64,000 bases of DNA from an uncultured Eubacteriales bacterium (GCA_900319345.1 ONNZ01000010.1:12946-76945); one strand, 5' to 3'. Shown: positions 16,194-25,212, counted from the stretch's first letter. Numbers and translations are program-made. The notes: generated by a model from the sequence alone, not told the origin.

Positions 16194-16206
16194 GAATAAA
16201 AGGTCC

Positions 16207-18435
16207 TCAGATGATCCCCTTCGCCTCCAGCTCCCGGCGGCGCTTCACCAGGAATGTGGCGTCGTGGACGCCGTGGGTGCCCCGGCCGAAGCCCTCGTCG
16301 GCGCCGGCCTCACGGGCCAGCTCCGGCGTCACCTGGGTGCCGCCCGCGATGAACATGACCCGATCCCGGATGCCCGCCTCCACCATGAGCTGGTGGATGA
16401 GGGCGATGTTCTTGTAGTGGATGTCGTCGTGACTGATGATGGTGGATGCGAGGATAGCGTCCGCGTTCAGCTCGATGGCGGCGTTCACCAGCTTTTCCGG
16501 GGTCACGGAGGTGCCCAGGTAATGGACCACGATCCCGTACTTCTCGATGCCGCCGTGCTTGATGTCGATGATCTCCCGAAGGCCCACCGAGTGCTCGTCG
16601 TCGCCCACTGTGGCGGCCACCACGGTCATGGGCCGGCGCTCGATGTCCGCCCGGATCTCGTCGTCGCTCATGATGTCCGGCTCCTTGGGGATGACCAAAG
16701 AGTCCACGTCCAGGCTGAAGTCCACCTTGCCCTTGATCTCGATGCGGGTGCCCTCCGTGGGGTGCATGATCTCCCGGGAGATGACCTCCACGTCCTGGAG
16801 CCCCATGCGGCGGCCCACCTCCAAAGCGGCGGCCTCGGCCAGCTTCTTCTCGCAGGGGAAGAACATGGTCGTCATGACCACACCGTCCCCCAGCCACTCC
16901 ATCTCGGGCTTGATCTTTTTGGCGCCGGGCCGCCGAAGCTCCTCGGTCTCGGCCATGCGCACGTTCACGTTGTCCTCCTCATCGAGCTCGTCGATGAAGA
17001 CGATCTTGTCCGGGTCCTCCAGGGTGCAGCCGCCGATAAGGGCGGAGGGGTTCTTGGGATCACCGCCGTACTGCTCCACGTTGTTCCGGCCGTAATGGGC
17101 GGTGACGGGGGCCATGTAGTCGGGGGCCCGCTCTATGATGGTGCCCACGCCCACGCCTGCGTCGATCCGCCGGGCGATGCCGTCCCCGTTCCGCTCGGGG
17201 TACATGCCCGAATCCACGAACATGCCCTCCTCCACGGCGTGGAAGTACCCGCCCTGGGTGAGCATCTCCTCCATGAAGAGGACCGCTCGCTCCTTCAGCT
17301 CCCGGGCCTTCTCCCGAAGGTACCCGTCCTGCTTCAGCTCCACCATGTCCATGAGACCGTCCATGCCCACCAGGGCCTGCTTGGCCGTGTCGCAGGCCTC
17401 GATGTTGTAGATGTGCCAGGGCACGTTTCGCCCCTCGTCGGGGGTGATGGTGGACTGAATGTCCGCGCTGGTGAGCTTGGAGATCAGCATGTTCAGCACG
17501 TGGGTGACGGTAGCCTCCCGGGTGCTGGACTCGATATACTTGGTGTTCATCTGGGCCCGCATCCGATACCCCGTAAAGAGGTCCCGGAGCGCCACCGCGT
17601 AGGGCAGGTCCATATGCACGCAGGGGGCCGGGGTGGCCGTGGGCGGCACGGTGGACAGGCAGATGTTTTCCTTGGGGATGCCCGCCTTGTAGGAGAACAG
17701 GGCGTTGATGGCGTGCTGGACCATGAGCTCCGGCATGACCTTCCAGGCGTCCCGTGCGGTGGCGTTGGCGTTGTGGGCGCCGTCGATCTGGGCCATGTCC
17801 GCCCAGGCGATGAGCTTCTTGGACTCACAGGCGTCCACGAAGGACCGGAGCATGTTGATGTTCCGGTAGATCACGTTGTACTGGGGGTCCTGGTGGCAGC
17901 CGTTCACGCCCTCCTCGGCCAGCATGACCGCCACGTCGGGCCCCGCCACGCCGGACACGTAGGAGTGGTAGTTGATGGGCCGGCCCACCTCGTCCTCGAT
18001 CATGTCCAAAGCCTTGCGCTGGGCCCGGACCTGCTTCCTCGAGATGGGCACGCCGCCCATGCCCTGGGGGGTGCCTTCGATGAGCCCGTCGAAGTGGCTC
18101 TGGCCCGCGGTGCGTATGACCATGATATGGTCCGCTCCGTGATGGGCCGCCATGCGCATGCGCCGGATGTCGTCCTCGAACCGGCCGGAGGCGATCTCCG
18201 TGGTGATGGACTGGACCGGCTGGGGGTCCACGTCGTCCATGAACCGGGCGGGGGGCAGGGGCACGCCCCGCTTCAAGGGCGTGGAGCAGTCCTGATAGGT
18301 GAACTTGCCCATGGTGAGCCCTGGCTCCGGGGTCCGCCAGGTCCAGCCACGGCGGCGGGGCCGATAGTCCTTCAGGTCCTTCAATATCTCCCGAACGTCG
18401 ATGTTGTCGTTGGGGTCCAGCCAGTAGTTGCTCAT
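16207..18435 (-). CDS. oraE: D-ornithine 4,5-aminomutase, large (E) subunit
   Basis: 742 aa counted from ATG 18435 (SD GAAGGAGG; ATGA overlap with the oraS stop codon). The C-terminal cobalamin-binding motif DxHxxG is present (GDDEHSVG). Gene order matches the ornithine operon. Confidence 0.85.
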   Translation of the reverse strand: MSNYWLDPNDNIDVREILKDLKDYRPRRRGWTWRTPEPGLTMGKFTYQDCSTPLKRGVPLPPARFMDDVDPQPVQSITTEIASGRFEDDIRRMRMAAHHGADHIMVIRTAGQSHFDGLIEGTPQGMGGVPISRKQVRAQRKALDMIEDEVGRPINYHSYVSGVAGPDVAVMLAEEGVNGCHQDPQYNVIYRNINMLRSFVDACESKKLIAWADMAQIDGAHNANATARDAWKVMPELMVQHAINALFSYKAGIPKENICLSTVPPTATPAPCVHMDLPYAVALRDLFTGYRMRAQMNTKYIESSTREATVTHVLNMLISKLTSADIQSTITPDEGRNVPWHIYNIEACDTAKQALVGMDGLMDMVELKQDGYLREKARELKERAVLFMEEMLTQGGYFHAVEEGMFVDSGMYPERNGDGIARRIDAGVGVGTIIERAPDYMAPVTAHYGRNNVEQYGGDPKNPSALIGGCTLEDPDKIVFIDELDEEDNVNVRMAETEELRRPGAKKIKPEMEWLGDGVVMTTMFFPCEKKLAEAAALEVGRRMGLQDVEVISREIMHPTEGTRIEIKGKVDFSLDVDSLVIPKEPDIMSDDEIRADIERRPMTVVAATVGDDEHSVGLREIIDIKHGGIEKYGIVVHYLGTSVTPEKLVNAAIELNADAILASTIISHDDIHYKNIALIHQLMVEAGIRDRVMFIAGGTQVTPELAREAGADEGFGRGTHGVHDATFLVKRRRELEAKGII

Positions 18436-18797
18436 AGGGCACCTCCTTCGAAGAGGGCCGCGGCCTCGTCCCACAGCTCCCCATTGGCCAGCTTCACGCC
18501 GGTCTCCCGCAGGGGCAGGCCCTTTGTATGGCTCAGCCTATACACCACGTTCCCGGCGCCATGCTGCAGCAGGTTACGCTCCATGCAGCCGTTCACGATG
18601 GCCTTTACCTCCAGGGAGGAGAAGCCCATGCGCAAAAGCACGCTCCGCTCGATGGCGGGGCTGGTGTACTCCCGGCCCATGTCCAGCAGGGGGTCCACCA
18701 GCTGCTCGCACAGGGCCCAGAACCGGTCGTAGAGCTCCTGATCGGTCAGGTCCTTCAAGTGGGCTCGCCGGACCTCGAAATCGTCTTCTCTCTTCAT
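18432..18797 (-). CDS. oraS: D-ornithine 4,5-aminomutase, small (S) subunit
   Basis: 121 aa, immediately upstream of and overlapping oraE. Confidence 0.8.
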   Translation of the reverse strand: MKREDDFEVRRAHLKDLTDQELYDRFWALCEQLVDPLLDMGREYTSPAIERSVLLRMGFSSLEVKAIVNGCMERNLLQHGAGNVVYRLSHTKGLPLRETGVKLANGELWDEAAALFEGGAL

Positions 18798-18806
18798 AAA
18801 ACTCCT

Positions 18807-20198
18807 TTATTGCAGGGTCGCTTTCACAAAATCCACGGTGCTGCGGGTCTCCTCGGCCAGGAACGCCAGCTCCGCCTCGGACAACGCCCGATCGAGGCCC
18901 TTCACGGCCCGGCGGATGAACTTGCGCCGAAGCTCGTCCATATCGAGGTCTCGAGCTTTCAGCAAGCTCGGGTCTGCGGGGAACACGATGTTCTTCCCGG
19001 CGATCTCCTCGTCCGGGTCCCCGAACTTCAGCTCGATGCCGTTACTGCGGGCGAAGCTGAGCTGGGGGTTGATGCCCTTGCCTGCGCCGGTGTACTCGGT
19101 TTCCTGGGCCACGATGATCTGATCCTCATCCATCTCCTGGGCCAGGGCGAAGGCCGCAGTCAGGCTGGTGTTGCCCGCGGGCCCCTTCTCCATGCCCTCC
19201 AGGGTGGCCACAGCTTCGGTGATGTAGAACACCTCGCCCTCCTTGACGGTGACGAACCGGTCCATGTACCGGAGGGGCCGGGCCGCGGACCGGGGCACGT
19301 CGCTGTGGTCCGGGTTGGTGGCGTAGGGCACGCCGAAGCCCGTGTGGGCGGTGGTGAAGCTCTTGCGGTTGAAGGCCGTGTCGGAGGCCATGTGCAGGCC
19401 CGACAGGTCCACCGCCGCGCCGATGACCTTGGCAGGGCAGCCCGCTTTGAGAAGACCACGGGCCGTGCCGGTCAGATTCCCGCCGCCCGCGTTGGCGCAG
19501 ACCACCGCGTCGGGATGACGGCCATACTTCTCCATAAACTGATGGCCCAGCTCCCAGCCCAAGGTCTCGATGCCGCTGACGCCGAAGGCGGAGTAGAGGG
19601 AGGCGTTGAAAAAGCCGGTTTCCTCCAAAAGCAGCAGCACCTGGTAGAAGAGCTCGGGGCCCACGGACAGCTGAAGCACCTCCGCGCCTAAAGCCTCGCA
19701 CTTGCGGGCCTTCTCGATGATCTCCGGCTGGCCCTTGGCGTGGCTGTCGTAGCACTCCTGGACGATGATGCACTTCAGGCCCTGCATGGCGGCCTGGGAG
19801 GCCACCGCCGCGCCGTAGTTGCCGCTGGTGGCGGCGATGACGCCCTTGTAGCCCAGCTTCTTGGCGTGATACACGCTGGCCGCCGCCCGGCGCTCCTTGA
19901 AGGAACCGGCGGGGTTGCTGGCCTCGTCCTTGATAAAGATGCGGGCACCCTTGCCGGGAGCCGCCAGCTTTCGGGCCAGGGCCGTCAGGTTGTGGAGCTC
20001 GAACACGGGGGTGTTGCCCACGTTCACGCTCCGCTGGATGCGGATATGGTCCTCCAGGGAGTAGCCGCAGTCGGTCATCATGGCCTCGTAATCGAAGATG
20101 ATGCCCTCCCGCTCGTACCGGCGGTAGTCCACGCCCATGGCATCCTTGATGATCTCGTTCTTGCGCCCCATGACGGCGGAATAGCTAAGATCCTTCAT
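18807..20198 (-). CDS. ortB: 2-amino-4-ketopentanoate thiolase, beta (PLP) subunit
   Basis: 463 aa. It has the fold-type II PLP lysine motif NPAGSFKERRAA and follows ortA. Confidence 0.8.
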   Translation of the reverse strand: MKDLSYSAVMGRKNEIIKDAMGVDYRRYEREGIIFDYEAMMTDCGYSLEDHIRIQRSVNVGNTPVFELHNLTALARKLAAPGKGARIFIKDEASNPAGSFKERRAAASVYHAKKLGYKGVIAATSGNYGAAVASQAAMQGLKCIIVQECYDSHAKGQPEIIEKARKCEALGAEVLQLSVGPELFYQVLLLLEETGFFNASLYSAFGVSGIETLGWELGHQFMEKYGRHPDAVVCANAGGGNLTGTARGLLKAGCPAKVIGAAVDLSGLHMASDTAFNRKSFTTAHTGFGVPYATNPDHSDVPRSAARPLRYMDRFVTVKEGEVFYITEAVATLEGMEKGPAGNTSLTAAFALAQEMDEDQIIVAQETEYTGAGKGINPQLSFARSNGIELKFGDPDEEIAGKNIVFPADPSLLKARDLDMDELRRKFIRRAVKGLDRALSEAELAFLAEETRSTVDFVKATLQ

Positions 20199-20507
20199 TT
20201 ATTCCGCCTCCTTTCCAAAGAGGGCCGTGCGCAGCCGCACGTCCATCTCCAAAACCTCCGGCACGAAGTTGCCGAAGTTCACGTCGAACTGGGGGTTCAC
20301 CTCTATGAGGGCCCCATGCTCCTCCCGGCCGGAAACGGTCCTGATCCGGACCTGGTCGCCCAGCTCGCCGTCCTCCAGCAGATGCCCCTTCACCCACATC
20401 TCGAAGGGCACCTTCTTGGTGTCCTCAGGCAGGTTGGCGGTCCGCTCTTCGGCGGGCAGGATCACCCGATGGATACGCACCCAATCTCCTTGCTTAGCCA
20501 TCCTCAT
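20199..20507 (-). CDS. ortA: 2-amino-4-ketopentanoate thiolase, alpha subunit
   Basis: 102 aa. It abuts ortB and overlaps the ord stop codon. Confidence 0.75.
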   Translation of the reverse strand: MRMAKQGDWVRIHRVILPAEERTANLPEDTKKVPFEMWVKGHLLEDGELGDQVRIRTVSGREEHGALIEVNPQFDVNFGNFVPEVLEMDVRLRTALFGKEAE

Positions 20508-21556
20508 TCCTCCTCAAAGGCGATCTTGGCGAAGTTCCCCATGACGCACCGGGGCACGGGCATGGTGAGCATGGTGTGGAGGCCCGGCTTAGCCGCCACC
20601 ACGAAGGGCAGCATGTTCACCGTCATGCCGATGGTGCCGATGCCGCCGTCCACCTCGGGGGTGTTGGCCATGTGCACCGCGGGGGAACCCTCCAGGACGA
20701 TATAGTCTCCCGTCTGGACGCCGCCCAGCTGGGGCTCGATCTGCTGGGGATGGATCATGTCGATCTTCACCTGGCCGTCCACATACCCTTGGCCGGTCAT
20801 GTTGACCCCGGCCACGTCCCCGGCCTTGGCGAACCCGTGGGGGGCCTGCCGGTCCACGTCGGTGACGATGGGGGACATCTGCTGCTCGAACCTGTCCACC
20901 TTCCAGCCCACGGCCTCGGCGATCATGCCCACGGACTGGGCGAAGCCCACGTGTCCGGCCATGGTGCCGTCTTCCACGCGCTTGTTGAACTCGTCCACCG
21001 TAAGGCCGATGCCCTGCTCCTCCATGACCAGCTTGCCGAAGGGGGAGAGGGAGTTGACCCGCTTGCAGGTCACCTTGTCGAGGTGGGTCATGCAGCCGGA
21101 GAGGCACACGGCCAGCAGGTCCATCATGAGGCCCGGGTTGATGCCGGTGCCCAGGATGGACACGTTGTTGGTCTTGGCGAGGATGTCCATGGCTTCGGAA
21201 AGCTCCGGATCCTGGGCCATGGGGTAGCTCATCTCCTCAGCGGTGGTGATCACGTTCACGCCCCGCTCCACCACATAGCATACCTTGGGGTACACCTTCT
21301 TGGTGAAAGAATCCGTGGCGATGACGCAGATGTCGCACTTCTCTTTGTCGATCAGGGTGGAGATGTCATCGGTGATGAAGGCATCGGGCCGGTCGCCCTG
21401 CTCCACGCCCAGCAGCTCATAGATGCTCTTGCCGATCTTTCGGGGGTCGATGTCGCAGGCGCCGATGACGGTGACGCCTTCCTTCTCCAGCAGCACCTTG
21501 GCGATGCCGCTGGCCATGGCCCCAAAGCCCCACAGGGCTACGTTCACGTTCCGCAT
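20504..21556 (-). CDS. ord: 2,4-diaminopentanoate dehydrogenase
   Basis: 350 aa with an N-terminal Rossmann motif (VALWGFGAMASG). It is the first pathway gene after the OTC (ornithine carbamoyltransferase) gene. Confidence 0.75.
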   Translation of the reverse strand: MRNVNVALWGFGAMASGIAKVLLEKEGVTVIGACDIDPRKIGKSIYELLGVEQGDRPDAFITDDISTLIDKEKCDICVIATDSFTKKVYPKVCYVVERGVNVITTAEEMSYPMAQDPELSEAMDILAKTNNVSILGTGINPGLMMDLLAVCLSGCMTHLDKVTCKRVNSLSPFGKLVMEEQGIGLTVDEFNKRVEDGTMAGHVGFAQSVGMIAEAVGWKVDRFEQQMSPIVTDVDRQAPHGFAKAGDVAGVNMTGQGYVDGQVKIDMIHPQQIEPQLGGVQTGDYIVLEGSPAVHMANTPEVDGGIGTIGMTVNMLPFVVAAKPGLHTMLTMPVPRCVMGNFAKIAFEEE

Positions 21557-21569
21557 TTTGTATCTCCTT

Positions 21570-22565
21570 TTAGATGTTGCCCAGGGTGGCCACCAGCACG
21601 GCCTTGATGGTGTGGAGCCGGTTCTCGGCCTCGTCGAAGACCTTGCTGTTCTCGGACAGGAACACGTCGTCCGTGACCTCCCGGATGTCGTAGCCCAGCT
21701 TCATCTGCTCGCTGGCCATGGTGGTGTTGAAGTCGTGGAAGGAGGGGAGGCAGTGGAGGAAGATGCACTTGGGGTTCCCCGTGCGCTCCATGAGCTCCTT
21801 GGTGACCTTGAAGGGGGTCAGCAGCTTCACCCGCTGGGGGATCAGCGCTTCCTCGCCCATGGAGGCCCAGATGTCGGTGTACAGGGCGTCAGCCCCCTCC
21901 ACGATGGCGGGATCGTCGCTGATCTCGATGACGGCGCCGCTCTCCTTGGCGGCCTCTTCACAGCGGGCCAGCACCTCGGGGGCGGGGTAGAGCTCCTTGG
22001 GGCCGTAGCCGCAGTAGTGGATGCCCAGCTTGGAGCAGATGTACATGAGGCAGTAGGCCACGTTGTTCCGGGTGTCGCCGCAGAACACCAGCTTGCACTG
22101 GTTCAGGGGCTTGTCCGTGTTCTCCTCCAGGGTGAGGATGTCGGCGAGAGCCTGGGTGGGATGGTCCACGTCGGTGAGGCCGTTATACACGGGCACGCCG
22201 GAATACTTCCTCAGATCCTCCACCACCTTCTGGTCGAAGCCGCGATATTCGATGCCGTCGAACATCCGGCCCAGGACCTTGGCGGTGTCGGCCAGGGACT
22301 CCTTCTTGCCCATCTGGGAGGACTTGGAATCCAGGAACGTGACCCCGGCGCCCTCGTCCATGGCCGCCACCTCGAAGGCGCAGCGGGTGCGGGTGGAGGT
22401 CTTCTCAAAGAGCAGGACGATGTTCTTGCCGGTGAGGGTATCGCCCTTGACGCCGGCCTTCTTCTTGACCTTGAGCTTTTTAGCCAGGTCCAGCATATAC
22501 CGGATCTCCTCGGGGGTGAAGTCCATGATGGTCAGGAAGGAACGGCCTTTCAGATCGACTGACAT
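21570..22565 (-). CDS. argF: Ornithine carbamoyltransferase
   Basis: 331 aa with the motifs STRTR (carbamoyl-phosphate site), DHPTQ and HCLP. SD AAGGAG is present. Confidence 0.9.
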   Translation of the reverse strand: MSVDLKGRSFLTIMDFTPEEIRYMLDLAKKLKVKKKAGVKGDTLTGKNIVLLFEKTSTRTRCAFEVAAMDEGAGVTFLDSKSSQMGKKESLADTAKVLGRMFDGIEYRGFDQKVVEDLRKYSGVPVYNGLTDVDHPTQALADILTLEENTDKPLNQCKLVFCGDTRNNVAYCLMYICSKLGIHYCGYGPKELYPAPEVLARCEEAAKESGAVIEISDDPAIVEGADALYTDIWASMGEEALIPQRVKLLTPFKVTKELMERTGNPKCIFLHCLPSFHDFNTTMASEQMKLGYDIREVTDDVFLSENSKVFDEAENRLHTIKAVLVATLGNI

Positions 22566-22619
22566 GTTTTGATTTCTCCTTTTTATTCAATATTCATATT
22601 TGCCAAAGGTATGCAACAC

Positions 22620-22648
22620 ATCATACCATCTTTTTGCTTCGCTGACAA
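22620..22648 (-). promoter_or_regulatory. Sigma-A-type promoter of the argF-ornithine operon
   Basis: On the minus strand: TTGTCA, a 17-nt spacer, then an extended -10 TGgTATGAT. It is bracketed by the 9-bp inverted repeat CATCATACC / GGTATGATG. Confidence 0.5.
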
Positions 22649-22819
22649 GGGTATGATGAATGGGCTGTGACCAAAAAATGACGAAAAACTGGACATTTTA
22701 TTGATAAAGGATGAACAATCGGATTTTTTTGAAATAGATTATAAACAAACATCGAAAACACTGAAAAAATTAAAACGGTATGGTAGGATGCAACCAAAAA
22801 GCGAGAGGAGGGACCTGCC

Positions 22820-23587
22820 GTGATCCGCTGGAAAAGAGCCTTGGCGCTCTTTCTTTTCCTGCTCCTTTTGCTGCCTCCCTGCGCCGCTTTTGCCGACGGG
22901 GAGAAGGACGACGCGCCCCCAGCCCAGGAGGACGCTTTGACCGCCAGAGCCGCCGATCAGGAGGCGGAGGGAAAATCGGCACGGGTGAACGTCGCCGCTG
23001 AAGAAGGCCTCCGTCAGCAGATCCAGGCCACCTATACAGCGGCCAAGAAGCGGGCACGGCGCAAGTCCTTCAAGGGATATTGCGGGGCCTATGTGGCCAA
23101 CCAGCTGATGGTCCTGGGCATCAACACGTCCTATCTTAGCGCCAACGGGAACAACACCTTCGAACTCTATCGGGATATGGAGATCACCTCCGGAGGCTAT
23201 TACATATCGGCGTACAGAGCCAGAGAATACACCCTGGAGGAAGCGCTGCAGGCCATCCTGCGGAAGGAGCCTGCCGCCACCAACATTTTGGTGGGGTTCC
23301 AGAAAGGCGTCAGTTCGGCCGCGAAGAAGTACGGCCATGTGCTCTTCATCCATGGCATCCGAAACGGGAAGGTGTTCTATTCCGACAGCTGTTCTCGGAC
23401 CGTGGACGATGTGAAATATAAGGAAGGGGAGCCCATCGTATGCTCCCTGGAATCCTTTGTAAACCTTTATGCCAAGTACAAGCTGGACGGCGTGATCCAC
23501 TTTAGGCAGGCGAAGAAGCCGCCTCAGGAACCCCTCATAGAGGCGACGGCCTCCACCAGCTCCGAGAATCTGGTCAGCGAGGGCTGA
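22820..23587 (+). CDS. Secreted protein, possible CHAP/papain-like amidase fold
   Basis: 255 aa with a GTG start, SD GAGAGGAGGG and a signal peptide (LLLLPPCAAFADG). A candidate Cys (KGYCGAYVANQL) and His (YGHVLFIHG) fit the fold. This is recall-level similarity only. Confidence 0.35.
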   Translation: MIRWKRALALFLFLLLLLPPCAAFADGEKDDAPPAQEDALTARAADQEAEGKSARVNVAAEEGLRQQIQATYTAAKKRARRKSFKGYCGAYVANQLMVLGINTSYLSANGNNTFELYRDMEITSGGYYISAYRAREYTLEEALQAILRKEPAATNILVGFQKGVSSAAKKYGHVLFIHGIRNGKVFYSDSCSRTVDDVKYKEGEPIVCSLESFVNLYAKYKLDGVIHFRQAKKPPQEPLIEATASTSSENLVSEG

Positions 23588-24162
23588 TCCTCCGGCAGAG
23601 CGCCGAAGCCCCAGCAGGCAAAGAGAAACGGGATGCCAGCTGCCCGGGCGGCGGCCAGGTCCTTGGCGGTGTCGCCCACATAGACCGCCCGCCGGATACC
23701 GTTCCTTGCAAGGAGCAGAGAGATGTTTTCCCCCTTGTCGAGGCCCGTCCGACCCGCGGTCTCGTGATCGTCGAACAGGGACGAAAGCCCGTGGGCATGG
23801 AAAAAGGCTTGGGCGTACTCCTCCGTGCAGTTGCTGACGAGACCGATGAAATAGCGCTGGTGGAGAAGCCGAAGCGTCTCCCGCACCTGGGGATATAGCC
23901 GGGCGCCCCGCTCAAAGAGATAGGGCGACTCCGCGTCCAGGCATCGGTCCGTCAGGGCGTATCGCTCCCTCGGCGGCAAGTCGGGGAACTGCGTGTCGCC
24001 GATCTCCCGGGGCGTCAGGCCCATGAGCCTTGAAAGCTCCTCCGCCGTGATGCTGCGGCCCAGGGGCGATAGCACCCGGTTCCAGCACAGCAGCACCTCC
24101 CGGGAGGAATCCCACAGCGTCCCGTCCAGATCGAACAAAATGGCCTCTTTCTTTCCCTTCAT
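23524..24162 (-). CDS. HAD-superfamily phosphatase (phosphoglycolate-phosphatase-like)
   Basis: 212 aa with motif I FDLDGTLWDS, motif II LVSN and motif IV YVGDTAKD. Confidence 0.75.
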   Translation of the reverse strand: MKGKKEAILFDLDGTLWDSSREVLLCWNRVLSPLGRSITAEELSRLMGLTPREIGDTQFPDLPPRERYALTDRCLDAESPYLFERGARLYPQVRETLRLLHQRYFIGLVSNCTEEYAQAFFHAHGLSSLFDDHETAGRTGLDKGENISLLLARNGIRRAVYVGDTAKDLAAARAAGIPFLFACWGFGALPEDQPSLTRFSELVEAVASMRGS

Positions 24163-24260
24163 TTCCCGCGACTCCCTTTTGTTTGCCAGTATTGTACCCG
24201 GTATGGATCGGTTTGTCCAGATTGCAGCCGGGAGGGAATTGTGATATACTACAAATACTT

Positions 24261-24794
24261 ATGGAAAAGATCGAGTATGAACTCATACGCTCCCGCCGGC
24301 GGACCCTGGCCGTGGAGGTGGACGCTGCGGGCCGGGTCCTGGTCCGGGCTCCCCGCCTGATGCCCAAATGGCGCATCGAAATCTTCGTCAAGGAGCGGAC
24401 GGACTGGATCCAGCGGGCCCGGCAGCGGCAGGCCCGCCGGCAGCAGAACCTGCCCGAGATCCGGGAGGAGGACAAGCCTCTCTACGTGAAGCAGGCCAAG
24501 GCCATCCTGCCCCCGAAGATCGACTATTACGCCCGGCGCATGGGCGTGGTCCCCACGGGCCTTACGATCACCTCCGCCAAGACCCGCTTCGGCAGCTGCT
24601 CCGGGAAGAACCGTTTGTCCTTCTCCTGGCGGCTCATGGCCTATCCCGAGGCGGCCATCGACTACGTGGTGGTCCACGAGCTCGCCCACATACGGTACAA
24701 GGACCACAGCCGAGCGTTCTACGGGTTCATCGAAAGCGTGTTGCCCGATTATCGGGACAGGATCAAACTTCTCAAGGGAATGCAGGAGACATAG
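24261..24794 (+). CDS. DUF45/YgjP-like zinc metallopeptidase (M48/WLM-like)
   Basis: 177 aa counted from ATG 24261 (MEKIEYELIRSRRRTLAVEV). It carries the HExxH motif VVHELAHIRYKDHS. Confidence 0.7.
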   Translation: MEKIEYELIRSRRRTLAVEVDAAGRVLVRAPRLMPKWRIEIFVKERTDWIQRARQRQARRQQNLPEIREEDKPLYVKQAKAILPPKIDYYARRMGVVPTGLTITSAKTRFGSCSGKNRLSFSWRLMAYPEAAIDYVVVHELAHIRYKDHSRAFYGFIESVLPDYRDRIKLLKGMQET

Positions 24795-24795
24795 G

Positions 24796-25212
24796 ATGAA
24801 GAAGGTGTATTTCGCCGGGTCCATTCGAGGAGGACGGCAGGACGCGGCCCTGTACGGGGAGATGATCGCGTATCTCGAAAAGAAAGGCTGCCGGGTGCTG
24901 ACGGAGCACGTGGGGCTCGAATCCCTCCAGACGGAGGGGGAGCAGACCATGACCGAGGAGGAGATCTTTCAGCGGGACATGGCCTGGCTCATGGAAAGCG
25001 ATCTCGTGGTGGCGGAGTGCACCACCCCGTCCCACGGCGTGGGCTACGAGCTGGGCCGGGCCCGGGAAATGGCAAAGCCCGTCCACATCTTCTACGATCT
25101 TTCCCGGGGGCGGCTCTCCGCCATGCTGGCGGGGGACAGCCGCTTCATACTGCACCCCTATACGGATACAAAGGAGATATTCGAAGCCCTGGACTGGATC
25201 GCTCGCGGATAG
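24796..25212 (+). CDS. DNPH1/Rcl-like 2'-deoxynucleoside 5'-phosphate N-hydrolase
   Basis: 138 aa. The motifs YFAGSIRGGRQD...VLTEHV and VVAECTTPSHGVGYELGRA match the DNPH1 family signature as I recall it. Its start lies 1 nt after the stop codon of the DUF45 gene. Confidence 0.7.
   Translation: MKKVYFAGSIRGGRQDAALYGEMIAYLEKKGCRVLTEHVGLESLQTEGEQTMTEEEIFQRDMAWLMESDLVVAECTTPSHGVGYELGRAREMAKPVHIFYDLSRGRLSAMLAGDSRFILHPYTDTKEIFEALDWIARG

Noticed and set aside
16171-18732. 853-aa plus-strand ORF
   Set aside because: It is antisense to oraE/oraS, which carry clear family motifs (DxHxxG etc.). Its translation is low-complexity (His/Gly/Asp/Val/Leu-rich), and it has no SD. It is a typical stop-free antisense frame of genes with GC-rich third codon positions.
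22584-22598. ARG box (ArgR/AhrC operator) upstream of argF
   Set aside because: TATGAATATTGAATAAAA matches only about 10 of 18 positions of the ARG-box consensus as I recall it. It is a direct rather than an inverted repeat. I kept it only as a remark in the promoter finding.
23524-23587. 64-nt overlap of the 3' ends of the convergent CHAP-like and HAD genes
   Set aside because: It is real in the sequence but probably trivial. Either C-terminal tail may be dispensable, and there is no structure or motif in the overlap.
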